Assembly: GCA_965140415.1 (NCBI GenBank)
Contig: OZ223209.1
Coordinates: 4,448,001-4,512,000 of the forward strand
Direction: 5' to 3'
From: Myxococcota bacterium
GTDB taxonomy: Bacteria > Myxococcota_A > SURF-8
Length of the DNA: 64,000 nt
Part shown: one piece after another, positions 39,921 to 49,338 of the stretch
Layout of the letters: every line of letters begins with the position of its first letter
Position numbering within the stretch: the first letter of the stretch is position 1
Notes under the pieces: generated by a model
What the model was told of the DNA's origin: nothing
Databases searched by the model: none
The model's input: only the letters and a program-made list of their open reading frames with translations
Program-made: the position numbers and the translations under genes

Positions 39921-40583
39921 TGGGTCCAGGGCCCTTCGGCAAGCTCAGGATAAACTCCGACCGGGTCGCCATAGGTTCCGGACCCGCGCCTGACGGCGAA
40001 CACTGTCAGGACAAATACACCCACCCCGGCGGCGGCAAGTAGGCGGTTTTTGACAACTGCTCGAACGTGGCCGCCGGGGACTATTACGAACTCGGACTAC
40101 AGCGGAGTCTCGCTCAGGCATGACGACGAAGGGGTGATGGGAACCGGGTGCATGGTTCACGAAGTACACCGGCCTCTCGTTGTTCGTCCAGGTAAGAAGG
40201 TGGAACCACCCGGAGTTCGACAACCCGGAGACCGGAGACCATGAAGGCATAAAACCGGAGTGAATCCCGTAAAATGCGGTAATTGTTTATGAATTTCGGC
40301 TTTCACGATGAACTTTTGGCTTGACAAAACGGCCAAATGTAAAATAGGCTTACGCTCAGTTCATTCTCATGCCGCGATTTGTAAGGGTAAAGACACAGAA
40401 AAACGACCATGTACCGCGAAGTGAAAGAAACCGGCTGGTATAAGATAGCCAAGTAACCAAGCACTAGAATTCGCGAACGGTCAACCCCGTCACCCACCGC
40501 ATGAATGCAACCTTGGGAACCCGCCGAACATAATCGCATACATTCCAACTTGAGCAGTCCTGATCGAAGGTCAGGGGCTGCGA

Positions 40584-40853
40584 GTGTATGTTCGGAGGAA
40601 CCCAATGGAGGCCCTTACAAAGAAGCGCGGTCTGAAGCCGCCTACCATCACCACAAAAACCCGTAACCTGACCATCGTGGGGTATATCGTCCCACAGGGT
40701 GAACTACCCCCAAACCCCCGTCATCCCGACCCATACATCCCTGTTGAACAACGGCACGACCGGTTCCTGAAGGAACTGGCCGGTGCGTTGGCGGAGATTG
40801 TCCCGGCCAAGGAAGAGGACGACGGAAAGTATTACCGACCAGGGCGCGCATGA
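40584..40853 (+). CDS. Small hypothetical protein of the element
   Basis: GGAGG RBS before an internal ATG (MEAL...); first of three closely spaced ORFs before the integrase. Confidence 0.55.
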   Translation: MYVRRNPMEALTKKRGLKPPTITTKTRNLTIVGYIVPQGELPPNPRHPDPYIPVEQRHDRFLKELAGALAEIVPAKEEDDGKYYRPGRA

Positions 40854-40863
40854 GTAGGATGTC

Positions 40864-41178
40864 ATGCTTAGCCTTGATGGTTGCAGAAAGTACCTCGAAG
40901 AAGAGGATGCCGCGGTCTCGGACGAGGAACTCGCTGAAAAACGAGACTCAATGTATCAGCTGGCTCGTCTGCTATTGTCCGCACTCCCGGTTCCCGGTCA
41001 TACGTCCGAGGCTCCAGTGGTATCCGATCATTTCGAGGAAATCTTACGATCCTTGTCACCAGCGAAGCAGGGCGCGCTGAAGGACCGTGCGGCTTTCCTG
41101 GTGGCTGAAGTCGGCCTCCCGCCCGATGAAGCGGAGCGGGTGGCCATAACCGAGTACATCAAAGAACAGGAGAATTGA
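40864..41178 (+). CDS. Small hypothetical protein of the element
   Basis: 104 aa; C-terminal DRAA...GLPPDEAERVA motif resembles small phage/island proteins. Confidence 0.65.
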   Translation: MLSLDGCRKYLEEEDAAVSDEELAEKRDSMYQLARLLLSALPVPGHTSEAPVVSDHFEEILRSLSPAKQGALKDRAAFLVAEVGLPPDEAERVAITEYIKEQEN

Positions 41179-41180
41179 TC

Positions 41181-41372
41181 ATGACAAACCGTTCATCCAT
41201 GAATCCGGAAGGTAACAAGGTAGGCAAGGGAACAGCTCCCATGTCGAGCAAGGTTGAGGTTGCTATGAAAAAGGTCCAGGATGCTGTCGCTCAGTTGGAG
41301 TTCGACATCCGGTCTGATAGAATAAAGGCGGGACTCGCTGCGAAACGGGCCCGTGAGAAAGGGAACTCATAA
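41181..41372 (+). CDS. 63-aa protein resembling serine-recombinase helix E
   Basis: AGGAG RBS; AMKKVQDAVAQLEFDIRSDRIKAGL aligns without gaps to AMENMAATFAQLDNDLRSDRTKTGM of the adjacent integrase. Confidence 0.65.
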   Translation: MTNRSSMNPEGNKVGKGTAPMSSKVEVAMKKVQDAVAQLEFDIRSDRIKAGLAAKRAREKGNS

Positions 41373-41391
41373 GCATCTGAGGAACTGACCC

Positions 41392-42903
41392 ATGGAACGA
41401 GCCGTTATCTACTGCCGGGTATCATCGAAGGAACAGGTGGACAATTACAGTCTTACCACCCAGGAACGCCTGTGCCGGGAATACTGCGAGCGCAACGGGT
41501 ACGAGGTGGACAAGGTCTTCGTAGAGGAAGGCGAATCGGCTAAGACCGCCAACCGTCGTTCCCTCCTTCGCATGCTGGACTACTGCGGCAAGGCGAAGGG
41601 CCGTATTAGTGTTCTGGTCGTCTACCAACTGAGTCGCTTTGCACGCCAAGCCAAAGATCATCACGCAGTGAAGGCCAAGCTGGCCAGCTTCGGAATCACC
41701 CTTCGATCAGCAACAGAACCCATCGACGATACTCCGATGGGGAAGGCGATGGAAAACATGGCCGCCACCTTCGCCCAGCTTGATAACGACCTACGTTCCG
41801 ACCGGACCAAAACCGGCATGCTCGAAGCTGCCATGAATGGCCGGTGGGTGCACCAAGCCCCAATCGGCTACCTCAATGGAAAGAAGGGAGGACCGAGCCT
41901 TGTTCATGATCCTGAGCGTGCCGACCTTGTCCGCAAAGGCTTCGAGTTGTTCGCCACACGCATGTACTCCAAGCAGCAGGTGGTGGACAAGATCAATGCC
42001 CTCGGCTTCACAAGCCCCAAGGGCGGCAAGCTCAACCCGCAGACCTTCGGGCGCATGCTCCGCAACCCGATCTATGCTGGTCGTGTGATCCTGGAGAGCT
42101 TCCAGATCGACACCAAGGGCGACTTTGAGCCCATCGTACCCGAAGACCTCTTTCGGCAGGTACAGGCGATTCTGGACGGTCGGACGTACCAGAATGTCCC
42201 CCACCACCGGAACAACAAGGACTTCCCTCTCCGGCGCTTTACCCGTTGCGCAAAGTGCGGAACACCACTCACGGGATCGTGGAGTACGGGCCGTGGGAAG
42301 AAGTATGCCTACTACCGTTGCCGGAATACCAAGTGCAAGGCCGTCAACATCCGCAAGGAGAACATGGAAGAACTGTTCCTGGAGCAGATCAACCGCATCA
42401 AGCCCAGGATGGAGTATATGAGGCTCTTCCGCGAGATCGTAAAGGATGTCTACCGGGAGCGGATGTCGGAAGGGACGGAGCACAATAAACGGCTGCAAGC
42501 CAACCTGCGAAAGGTGAAGCAGAAAAAAAGCCGCCTTCTCGATCTGCGCATCGAGGGAGATATCGACCATGCCTCTTACCAGAGTAAGAAGATAGAACTG
42601 GATGCCGAGATCGAGCTTGTGGAGCGGGAACTTGGCCGCCTGAACTCCGAAACGATGGATATCGACTCGGCACTGGACTTCGCCGAGCGTATCGTCATGA
42701 ATGCGGGTAAGCTGTGGGAAGCACTGGAGTTTGATGAAAGGGTGAAACTACAGGAGCTCTTATTCACAGGTGGGATCGACTTCGACGGCGAAAAATTTGG
42801 AACCATAAAAACAAACAGCATTTTCAGTATGTTAACCAAAAATGCTGCCTGCTATGAACAGTTGGCGACCCCAGCGGGAATTGAACCCGCGTCGCCGGCG
42901 TGA
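41392..42903 (+). CDS. Large serine recombinase (integrase); ORF ends antisense within tRNA-Glu
   Basis: AVIYCRVSSKEQ catalytic serine motif, SRFAR, recombinase domain (LRNPIYAG), zinc ribbon CAKCG...YYRC....C, coiled coil. Confidence 0.95.
   Translation: MERAVIYCRVSSKEQVDNYSLTTQERLCREYCERNGYEVDKVFVEEGESAKTANRRSLLRMLDYCGKAKGRISVLVVYQLSRFARQAKDHHAVKAKLASFGITLRSATEPIDDTPMGKAMENMAATFAQLDNDLRSDRTKTGMLEAAMNGRWVHQAPIGYLNGKKGGPSLVHDPERADLVRKGFELFATRMYSKQQVVDKINALGFTSPKGGKLNPQTFGRMLRNPIYAGRVILESFQIDTKGDFEPIVPEDLFRQVQAILDGRTYQNVPHHRNNKDFPLRRFTRCAKCGTPLTGSWSTGRGKKYAYYRCRNTKCKAVNIRKENMEELFLEQINRIKPRMEYMRLFREIVKDVYRERMSEGTEHNKRLQANLRKVKQKKSRLLDLRIEGDIDHASYQSKKIELDAEIELVERELGRLNSETMDIDSALDFAERIVMNAGKLWEALEFDERVKLQELLFTGGIDFDGEKFGTIKTNSIFSMLTKNAACYEQLATPAGIEPASPA
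42857..42868. repeat. Attachment-site core, tRNA-proximal junction
   Basis: AACAGTTGGCGA; its last 6 nt are the complement of the tRNA-Glu 3' end TCGCCA. Confidence 0.85.
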
Positions 42904-42937
42904 AAGGCCGGTGTCCTAACCCCTAGACGATGGGGTC
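42863..42937 (-). tRNA. tRNA-Glu (TTC)
   Basis: GACCCCATCGTCTAGGGGTTAGGACACCGGCCTTTCACGCCGGCGACGCGGGTTCAATTCCCGCTGGGGTCGCCA folds as a cloverleaf with encoded CCA. Confidence 0.97.
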
Positions 42938-42971
42938 GCTATAAAAAACCAAATACTGGTAAAGAACAAAT

Positions 42972-43047
42972 TGGTGAGCCGGGGGCGATTCGAACGCCCG
43001 ACCGACGGATTAAAAGTCCGCTGCTCTACCAGCTGAGCTACCGGCCC
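42972..43047 (-). tRNA. tRNA-Lys (TTT)
   Basis: GGGCCGGTAGCTCAGCTGGTAGAGCAGCGGACTTTTAATCCGTCGGTCGGGCGTTCGAATCGCCCCCGGCTCACCA cloverleaf. Confidence 0.97.
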
Positions 43048-43089
43048 ACGGTAACGCGCCAAGTAAAGCTCGGCCCGTCGAGGCAAACT

Positions 43090-43118
43090 TTAATAGCAGC
43101 AACCGCTTTCGATGTCAA
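43090..43118 (-). promoter_or_regulatory. Sigma-70 promoter of the tRNA-Lys/tRNA-Glu operon
   Basis: TTGACA-N17-TATTAA on the minus strand with a T/A-rich upstream tract. Confidence 0.75.
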
Positions 43119-43198
43119 GAAATTCCGCATAGATTTTTTTCGCATTTTTCTTTTTATTGAAACAAAGGAAAAATCCTTATCGGTTACGGCTCGATACA

Positions 43199-43543
43199 TC
43201 AATCTTCCTCGGTCCAATCCGCCTCGAACGCTTCGCGGATACGCTCTGTTAGTTGCCGTTTTTCCTGCTGAATTTCAGCCAGACGCAAAAGACTGCTCCT
43301 AACGATCTCCCACTTTCTCTCATCGAAAACGCACAGATCATCCGAACGCACCAGGCGACGATCTTTTTCGTGAATGTCGTTGGCGCATTGTTCAACCTGA
43401 ATCCAATACCAGCGGGAAAGGTCGGACCGCTCGCCTTCCTGATCGATCACCCCCACTCCCCAGTTGCCCATATCATTGAAAATCACTCGCTGGTCCTTTT
43501 TCCAACGAATCTCTTTGCGCTGCAACACCATTTTCGCTCCCAT
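43199..43543 (-). CDS. Hypothetical protein
   Basis: 114-aa ORF directly downstream of pgeF. Confidence 0.6.
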   Translation of the reverse strand: MGAKMVLQRKEIRWKKDQRVIFNDMGNWGVGVIDQEGERSDLSRWYWIQVEQCANDIHEKDRRLVRSDDLCVFDERKWEIVRSSLLRLAEIQQEKRQLTERIREAFEADWTEED

Positions 43544-43550
43544 TTCCTAA

Positions 43551-44336
43551 CTACAGTTGGTTCTCTTCCAATAGCCCGATTACATTGAGCATGCGCCCCG
43601 TAGCCGCTCCATGACGGCGATAAGAATATAGCGGCACATCATTCGAGCACATCGTACAGATATCGAAAATATGAATATTCTCTTCCTTGATTCCCTTTGC
43701 CACTGCCTGCTGTCGATTCACATAAACTAAATCAAGATGATAGTTTGAATTCTCCCCACCACTGACAACCGCCTGCTCGCCATAGCGATCAACAAAAATT
43801 TTGGCCAATTCCTCGCCGACCTCATAGCAACAGGCACGGGCGCTCGGTCCCAATGCAACCAGAACATCCTCCGGCTCCGTACCAAAAGATTTTCGCATCT
43901 GTTTTAAGGACCGTGACAGGATTTTCTCGTAACTGCCACGCCAACCCGCATGCACCGCCGCCACAACCCGCTTTTTGGGGTCCATCATCAGCACCGGCAT
44001 GCAATCGGCGGTCTTTACCGCCACAAACAAACCAGGCCGGTTGGTGATGATTCCATCGCAACGGATCACATCCGTCGGCGGAACGAAGGTATCGTTTTTG
44101 GCCACGACGAGAAGATTCGGCGAATGGATCTGGCGTACGCGCAATACCGGTTCGTCCGGCAATTCATGCAACTGGCGAAACGTCGTTTCTGCGGCGTGGA
44201 CGGTTTCCCGTCTCCAGGCCGCCAAGTTGTCGAAATCCTCCTGCGGAGCCTGGCTCGGATCGATCGGCGCGCAACCGAAGCCATGTGCTAAAAGGGGGAT
44301 GCTTTCCCATTGTGGAACTGTTAGAAATCGTGTCAT
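43551..44336 (-). CDS. pgeF: Peptidoglycan editing factor PgeF/YfiH family
   Basis: QIHS, DGIIT, TADCMPV, HAGWRG, GPSARACCYEVG, SYRR; follows rluD. Confidence 0.92.
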   Translation of the reverse strand: MTRFLTVPQWESIPLLAHGFGCAPIDPSQAPQEDFDNLAAWRRETVHAAETTFRQLHELPDEPVLRVRQIHSPNLLVVAKNDTFVPPTDVIRCDGIITNRPGLFVAVKTADCMPVLMMDPKKRVVAAVHAGWRGSYEKILSRSLKQMRKSFGTEPEDVLVALGPSARACCYEVGEELAKIFVDRYGEQAVVSGGENSNYHLDLVYVNRQQAVAKGIKEENIHIFDICTMCSNDVPLYSYRRHGAATGRMLNVIGLLEENQL

Positions 44337-45304
44337 GTGCTGCTCTTACCGCGTGTTTTCAACCACTGTAACAGGCTCTCAATATCTTCGGCAAGTTCCG
44401 CCTCGAAATGCATCCGTTGGCCGGAACTCGGGTGAACAAATCCCAAACTGGCTGCATGCAGCAATTGCCGTGTAATGCCCGCCAGCCGATCGCGCAATGG
44501 TTTGTCTGAAAGCTGCGACACGCGCCGGGAGCGGGCATAAACCGGATCTCCCACCACCGGATGACCGATGTGAGCCAGATGCACCCGGATCTGGTGAGTG
44601 CGTCCGGTTTCCAGCTTCAACTGCAATTCGGCCAGGGTGTCATAGCGCGTGACAACCCGATAATGCGTCACGGCATGCTTGCCGCCGCGCTCCACTACGG
44701 CAAAGCGTTTGCGGTCGTTGGGATGACGTCCCAAATTGCCTTCGATCGTGCCTTCATCCGTTTTCGGCGCGCCGAAACAGATGGCGCGATAACTGCGCTC
44801 GATGGAATGCTCCGCAAACTGCTGCGCTAAAACCTGATGGGCTCGCTCGTTTTTGGCGACCACCAGTAAACCGCTGGTATCCTTGTCGATGCGATGGACG
44901 ATCCCAGGTCGCAATACGCCGCCGATTCCCTGCAAGTCCGAGCAATGATGTAAAAGCGCGTTGACCAGCGTGCCATCCGGGTTTCCAACTGCCGGATGCA
45001 CTACCATTCCGGCAGGCTTGTTGACCACAATCAAATCGGAATCTTCATAGCGCACATCCAGGGGAATCTCTTGCGGTACAACCTGCCAGTCCTGCACTTC
45101 CGGCGGAGTCCAATTGATCGCTTGCCCGGCCTTCGCCCGTTGTGCGGCGCGCGTTACGATATCGTTATCCACACGCACCGCCTTGGCTTCGATCTGGCGA
45201 CGCACCTGGTTTCGAGATTCACCGGTCAGACGCACCAGCAGTACATCCAGGCGCTCCCCTTCGTCCTGCTCAGTGACAGTGAATCGTTGCTGCTCTTCGG
45301 ACAC
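44333..45304 (-). CDS. rluD: RluA-family 23S rRNA pseudouridine synthase
   Basis: S4 domain, NKPAGMVVHP, HRIDKDTSGL, TGRTHQIRVH. Confidence 0.92.
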   Translation of the reverse strand: MSEEQQRFTVTEQDEGERLDVLLVRLTGESRNQVRRQIEAKAVRVDNDIVTRAAQRAKAGQAINWTPPEVQDWQVVPQEIPLDVRYEDSDLIVVNKPAGMVVHPAVGNPDGTLVNALLHHCSDLQGIGGVLRPGIVHRIDKDTSGLLVVAKNERAHQVLAQQFAEHSIERSYRAICFGAPKTDEGTIEGNLGRHPNDRKRFAVVERGGKHAVTHYRVVTRYDTLAELQLKLETGRTHQIRVHLAHIGHPVVGDPVYARSRRVSQLSDKPLRDRLAGITRQLLHAASLGFVHPSSGQRMHFEAELAEDIESLLQWLKTRGKSST

Positions 45305-45313
45305 GAATGATTG

Positions 45314-45580
45314 TTACCAGATTTCGGATTCGATATGACCGCTGGATTTCACCAGGATGTCGATCAGGGCACGATAAAAAAAGTTCGTTTCCGAACGGAC
45401 TTCTTCGGAAACACGAGATTCGTACAAATCCAGGCCCTCTTGAATCTCGTCTTTCATCTGTTCGAACAGGTCGTCGTTGGCGATCCCGTCCGTCACTTTC
45501 TGCAAATTGTATTCCCGCAGGTCGGATGCAATCGCACGCGCCAATCTGCGCGCCGCCTCGGGTCGGTCGATTTTCGCCAT
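45314..45580 (-). CDS. Conserved small hypothetical protein
   Basis: GGAGG RBS; ARRLARAIASDL..YN motif. Confidence 0.7.
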   Translation of the reverse strand: MAKIDRPEAARRLARAIASDLREYNLQKVTDGIANDDLFEQMKDEIQEGLDLYESRVSEEVRSETNFFYRALIDILVKSSGHIESEIW

Positions 45581-45661
45581 GTCATCCTCCTGTATTTCGC
45601 TGCCGCATTGTAGCACAGCTCGCACCCTGCGGGCAAGCATCGGCAATAATTGAACGAAAAA

Positions 45662-46666
45662 CTAATCCAGTTCCATCGGAAGCCCGTTGGCTTGCAACGA
45701 ACGCTGGGCCGCCGCCAAGACCTTCAAGACATCCAACCCGTTTTGACCATCGGATAATGGCTGGCTGCCGTTTTGGATGCAGTCCAGAAAATGCAGCGCC
45801 TCCTGCTTTAACGGTTCGGCTGCCGGTAACTCAACGGCAAGCGTCTCGCCGGAACGCACGGGAATCGCCTGCATATCGGGGCCATGGTCTCCAGGCTGCA
45901 CGCCTTTATCGAAAAGCTTCACCTTATCGACCGCTTCCATGTCGTCGAAGACCAGCATCTTTTTCGATCCCACCAGCGTCATGCAGCGGGTTTTGTGCGG
46001 ATCCAGCCAACTCAACTGGAAGTTGGCGATCTTGCCGTCATCGAAAAACATGGTTAGAAACACCACGTCTTCAATGTTCTTGTCTTTCTGAATATAGGCC
46101 GATCCGACAGCCGCCACCTTGACCGGTGGTTTGCCGAACATCCGCAAGGCGATTGAAATGTCGTGCGGCGCAAGCGACCACAAAGCGTTTTCGTCTCTGC
46201 GCACCTTGCCCAGATTGATACGCTGGCCGTACATGTAATAAAGATCGCCCAACTCGCCTTCATCGAGCAGAGCCTTCATACGCTCGACTGCCGCATGATA
46301 CAACAGCAGATGCCCGACCATCAGAATGCGGTCTTTCTCTTTCGCCAGTGTAACCAGTTCCTCCGCCTGTGTCACATCCAAGGTCAGCGGTTTTTCAACG
46401 AAAACATGTAACCCGGCTAAAAGCGCTTGTTTGGCGATCTCGTAATGAGCACCGGCGGGTGTCGCGACGACCACCGCATCCACCTGCCCGGCATCGATGA
46501 CATCCTGCACGTTTTCTACAAGTTGAATCTCCGGGTACAAGGCCGCCTGCTCTGCGCGTCGCTTCTCATCCAATTCGGCGACACCCCACAACACACCCAG
46601 TTGATGAAACACGCGCACGTGGTTTTTGCCCCAGCCGCCCGAACCGACTACCGCCACCTTTGTCAT
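45662..46666 (-). CDS. Gfo/Idh/MocA family oxidoreductase
   Basis: VVGSGGWGKNH, HVFVEKP, MVGH. Confidence 0.9.
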   Translation of the reverse strand: MTKVAVVGSGGWGKNHVRVFHQLGVLWGVAELDEKRRAEQAALYPEIQLVENVQDVIDAGQVDAVVVATPAGAHYEIAKQALLAGLHVFVEKPLTLDVTQAEELVTLAKEKDRILMVGHLLLYHAAVERMKALLDEGELGDLYYMYGQRINLGKVRRDENALWSLAPHDISIALRMFGKPPVKVAAVGSAYIQKDKNIEDVVFLTMFFDDGKIANFQLSWLDPHKTRCMTLVGSKKMLVFDDMEAVDKVKLFDKGVQPGDHGPDMQAIPVRSGETLAVELPAAEPLKQEALHFLDCIQNGSQPLSDGQNGLDVLKVLAAAQRSLQANGLPMELD

Positions 46667-47655
46667 GCCTGCTCCCCGCTTCGCCTGAAGTCTTCTTTAT
46701 ACCACTCAATCGAGCGCCGCAGCCCCTCCGCCACGCTGATTTGTGCACTGAATTCCAACAGTTCCTTAGCCGCCGATACATCCGCCACCGAGTGGCGCAC
46801 GTCCCCTTCCCTCTCCGGACCATATTCCGGTTGCAGATCGAGTTGCAACAGATCCCGAATCGTGGAAAACAGATCGATCACGCTGATTACTCGTCCGCCT
46901 GCCACGTTGATCGGTCGCCCGCAGGCAGTGGATGGTGCAAACGCGGCCAGCATATTGGCCCGAGCCACATCGGATACGTGAACGAAATCGCGCGTCTGTC
47001 CGCCATCGCCATTGATGCGCGGAGCAACGCCGGAAAGCAGCTTGTGAACGAAGATCGGAATGACCGCTGCGTAGATGGACGTTGGATCCTGATGCGGACC
47101 GAAAACGTTGAAATAACGCAGAATCACCGTTTCCAACCCGTAAAGGGTGTAGAAATTGGCCGCGTAATACTCCATGGCGATTTTACTGCTGGCATAAGGC
47201 GACAGCGGCTCTGGGCGCATGGTTTCGACTTTGGGCAATTCGGGATTATTGCCATAGGTCGCCGCACTGGAAGAAAGCACCACGCGCCGCATCTTGGCGT
47301 CGCGGGCGGCCTGCAAGACCTTGATCGAACCGCCGACATTGATTTCGTTGGCCAGTTCCGGTTGTGCGACAGACTGCTCCACGCTGCCCATTGCGGCCAT
47401 ATGAAACAGCACCTGGGCACCGGAACAGGCATCGTTCAATGCGTCCGAGTTTCGGATGTCGTCTTCGATCAGGCGAAAACGATCCGCATAGCCTTGCTCG
47501 GCGATGAAATCCAGGTTGCGCCGCTTGCCCGAGGAAAAGTTGTCCAGCACAACGACACGAGCGCCATTGGCCAGTAGTTGTCGCGCCAGGTTGGAGCCGA
47601 TGAACCCCGCGCCGCCGGTAATGACGGCGGTCGTATCCTTCCATTGAGCGTTCAT
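46663..47655 (-). CDS. NAD-dependent nucleotide-sugar epimerase/dehydratase (WbpP-like SDR)
   Basis: TGGAGFIGS, YASSK, RYFNVFGP, GDGGQTRDF. Confidence 0.9.
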   Translation of the reverse strand: MNAQWKDTTAVITGGAGFIGSNLARQLLANGARVVVLDNFSSGKRRNLDFIAEQGYADRFRLIEDDIRNSDALNDACSGAQVLFHMAAMGSVEQSVAQPELANEINVGGSIKVLQAARDAKMRRVVLSSSAATYGNNPELPKVETMRPEPLSPYASSKIAMEYYAANFYTLYGLETVILRYFNVFGPHQDPTSIYAAVIPIFVHKLLSGVAPRINGDGGQTRDFVHVSDVARANMLAAFAPSTACGRPINVAGGRVISVIDLFSTIRDLLQLDLQPEYGPEREGDVRHSVADVSAAKELLEFSAQISVAEGLRRSIEWYKEDFRRSGEQA

Positions 47656-47691
47656 ATGCCTTCTGCCTCGATTGGAGAACCAGCCAACAGA

Positions 47692-49338
47692 CTACAGCCC
47701 CATAAGCATGCGGATTTTTGCGATGGGAAGCGTCCCGAAGGAAAGCAGTTCATCATGGAATTGTTTCAGGTTGAATTCCTCTTTGCTCTTCTGCTTGGCT
47801 TTCTTATAGTCTGCCAGCAGAGCCATGATTTCAAGCTTCCCGATCAGGTAGGTCATGGGCTGAGTGGGAGTCTGGCAATACCGGCGCACTTCCGCTTCGG
47901 CAGCGGCGGGTTCCATACCGACCTTTTCCACCAGTATATCGATGGCCTGCTGAGGTTTCATCTTTTTGCTGTGCAAGCCCACATCGATGACCACCCGGTA
48001 GGCGCGCCAAAGCGCGTCGCGCAGTTGCATGACGCGCTGCTTGCTTTCGGTGTAAAATCCCTGCTCGTACATCATCTCTTCGCAGTAAAACGCCCAGCCC
48101 TCCGCAAAGAGTGCCGACGGGAACAGGTGGCGCACCAGCCGTTGCTTGTTGCGATTGGCGTGCACCGTTTGCAGATGATGACCCGGATAGGCTTCGTGCA
48201 GAGCGGTTACGGCCATGCCCCATTTGGAATGCTCGCCCAGCAGTTTTCCCTGTTCTTTTGCCGGCATGTTGGTGGGCACGGTCACCCAGAAACAGCCCTT
48301 TTGTTCTTCATCCAACGGAGCCGGGGGAAGATAGGCGGCAAATGGGAAGAGCGGACGACCGAACTCCGGGGTCGGAGTCACTTCGATGGATTCACCTTCC
48401 GGTAACGTGACCAGATCGTTTTGCACGACGAAGTTACGCGCCCGCTTCATTTCGCGGGAGTACACTCCCACCAGACCATTGGTCGTGGGATGGGTTTTCT
48501 TTAAATCGCGATAAACCGCAATCCAATCTTTCTTTTTGGAAAATTTCGAAATTTCCGCATTCAGGTCCGATTCGATCTGCTTGATCTGCTTGTTGGCGGT
48601 TTTTACCAGGATATCGGCATCGCCTTTCAAGCCATGGGCGAGTTTGAGAATCTGAATGTAAACCGGCTTGGATATCGCAAAATGAGTCTTGCTTTTGCTT
48701 TCAAGCAGTCCGTTTAGATACTCGCTGAAATTCTGCAACTCGTTGATGATTTCTTCGTTGCTTTCCAATAGCGCATCCTGCAACGCCCCTCGCACCTGCT
48801 GAGCGAATTCGGGAACGGATTCCGAAAAGAATGCAATCGCTCCCGCGCAGGTATGCAGACCCGATTCCACAAACATCTTGGGGGGTTGATCCAGGTTTTT
48901 CATGGCCTGGCGCAGCAGGTTCGGCGCTTGAACCAGGCGTCTTGTGGCGGCTAAGGCGCGTTCGCGCACGGGTGCGTAATCTCTGGAAATCAGCACGTAG
49001 ATGCCAAACAGAATTTCCGACAAATACACATCCGGTAGCAGTGTATGTACCGGATATTTCTCGTAAAAGATCTTCTCCTGATCGATGCGCTCAAGAATCA
49101 GATCCATATCCACGCGGCAATCCGTACTTAACTGCCGACGGTTGATCTTTTTCAAGGCATCCTTGAATTTGCCTAGACGATCCTGCTTGCTTTTCAGTGC
49201 GGCAGGCGTAAAACTTGAAAAACTCTCGTCATTTTTATGATCACCGATAAAGCTGGATAATACCGGATTCGTTTTGAGATAGTATGCGACGAACGAATCT
49301 GCAATCTTCATGAAATCATTGTCGTGTGACGCGCCCAT
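47692..49338 (-). CDS. DUF885 family protein
   Basis: HEAYPGHHLQ, FAEGWAFYCE, R.VIDVGLH, EVRRY...P.Q..TY..G. Confidence 0.9.
   Translation of the reverse strand: MGASHDNDFMKIADSFVAYYLKTNPVLSSFIGDHKNDESFSSFTPAALKSKQDRLGKFKDALKKINRRQLSTDCRVDMDLILERIDQEKIFYEKYPVHTLLPDVYLSEILFGIYVLISRDYAPVRERALAATRRLVQAPNLLRQAMKNLDQPPKMFVESGLHTCAGAIAFFSESVPEFAQQVRGALQDALLESNEEIINELQNFSEYLNGLLESKSKTHFAISKPVYIQILKLAHGLKGDADILVKTANKQIKQIESDLNAEISKFSKKKDWIAVYRDLKKTHPTTNGLVGVYSREMKRARNFVVQNDLVTLPEGESIEVTPTPEFGRPLFPFAAYLPPAPLDEEQKGCFWVTVPTNMPAKEQGKLLGEHSKWGMAVTALHEAYPGHHLQTVHANRNKQRLVRHLFPSALFAEGWAFYCEEMMYEQGFYTESKQRVMQLRDALWRAYRVVIDVGLHSKKMKPQQAIDILVEKVGMEPAAAEAEVRRYCQTPTQPMTYLIGKLEIMALLADYKKAKQKSKEEFNLKQFHDELLSFGTLPIAKIRMLMGL

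Larger units (their letters stand above)
33286..42868. mobile_element. Integrative element at the tRNA-Glu 3' end (serine integrase plus rolling-circle Rep); 9571-bp excisable circle
   Basis: Direct repeat AACAGTTGGCGA at both ends, overlapping the tRNA CCA end; contains a large serine recombinase, Rep, small ORFs and cargo. Confidence 0.88.

Noticed and set aside
39748-41392. Complete DGR cassette (avd, TR, RT)
   Set aside because: No AAC-rich copy of the VR and no reverse-transcriptase ORF found here or elsewhere in the window
33286-42868. Prophage or conjugative element
   Set aside because: No capsid, terminase, tail, coupling protein or type IV secretion genes
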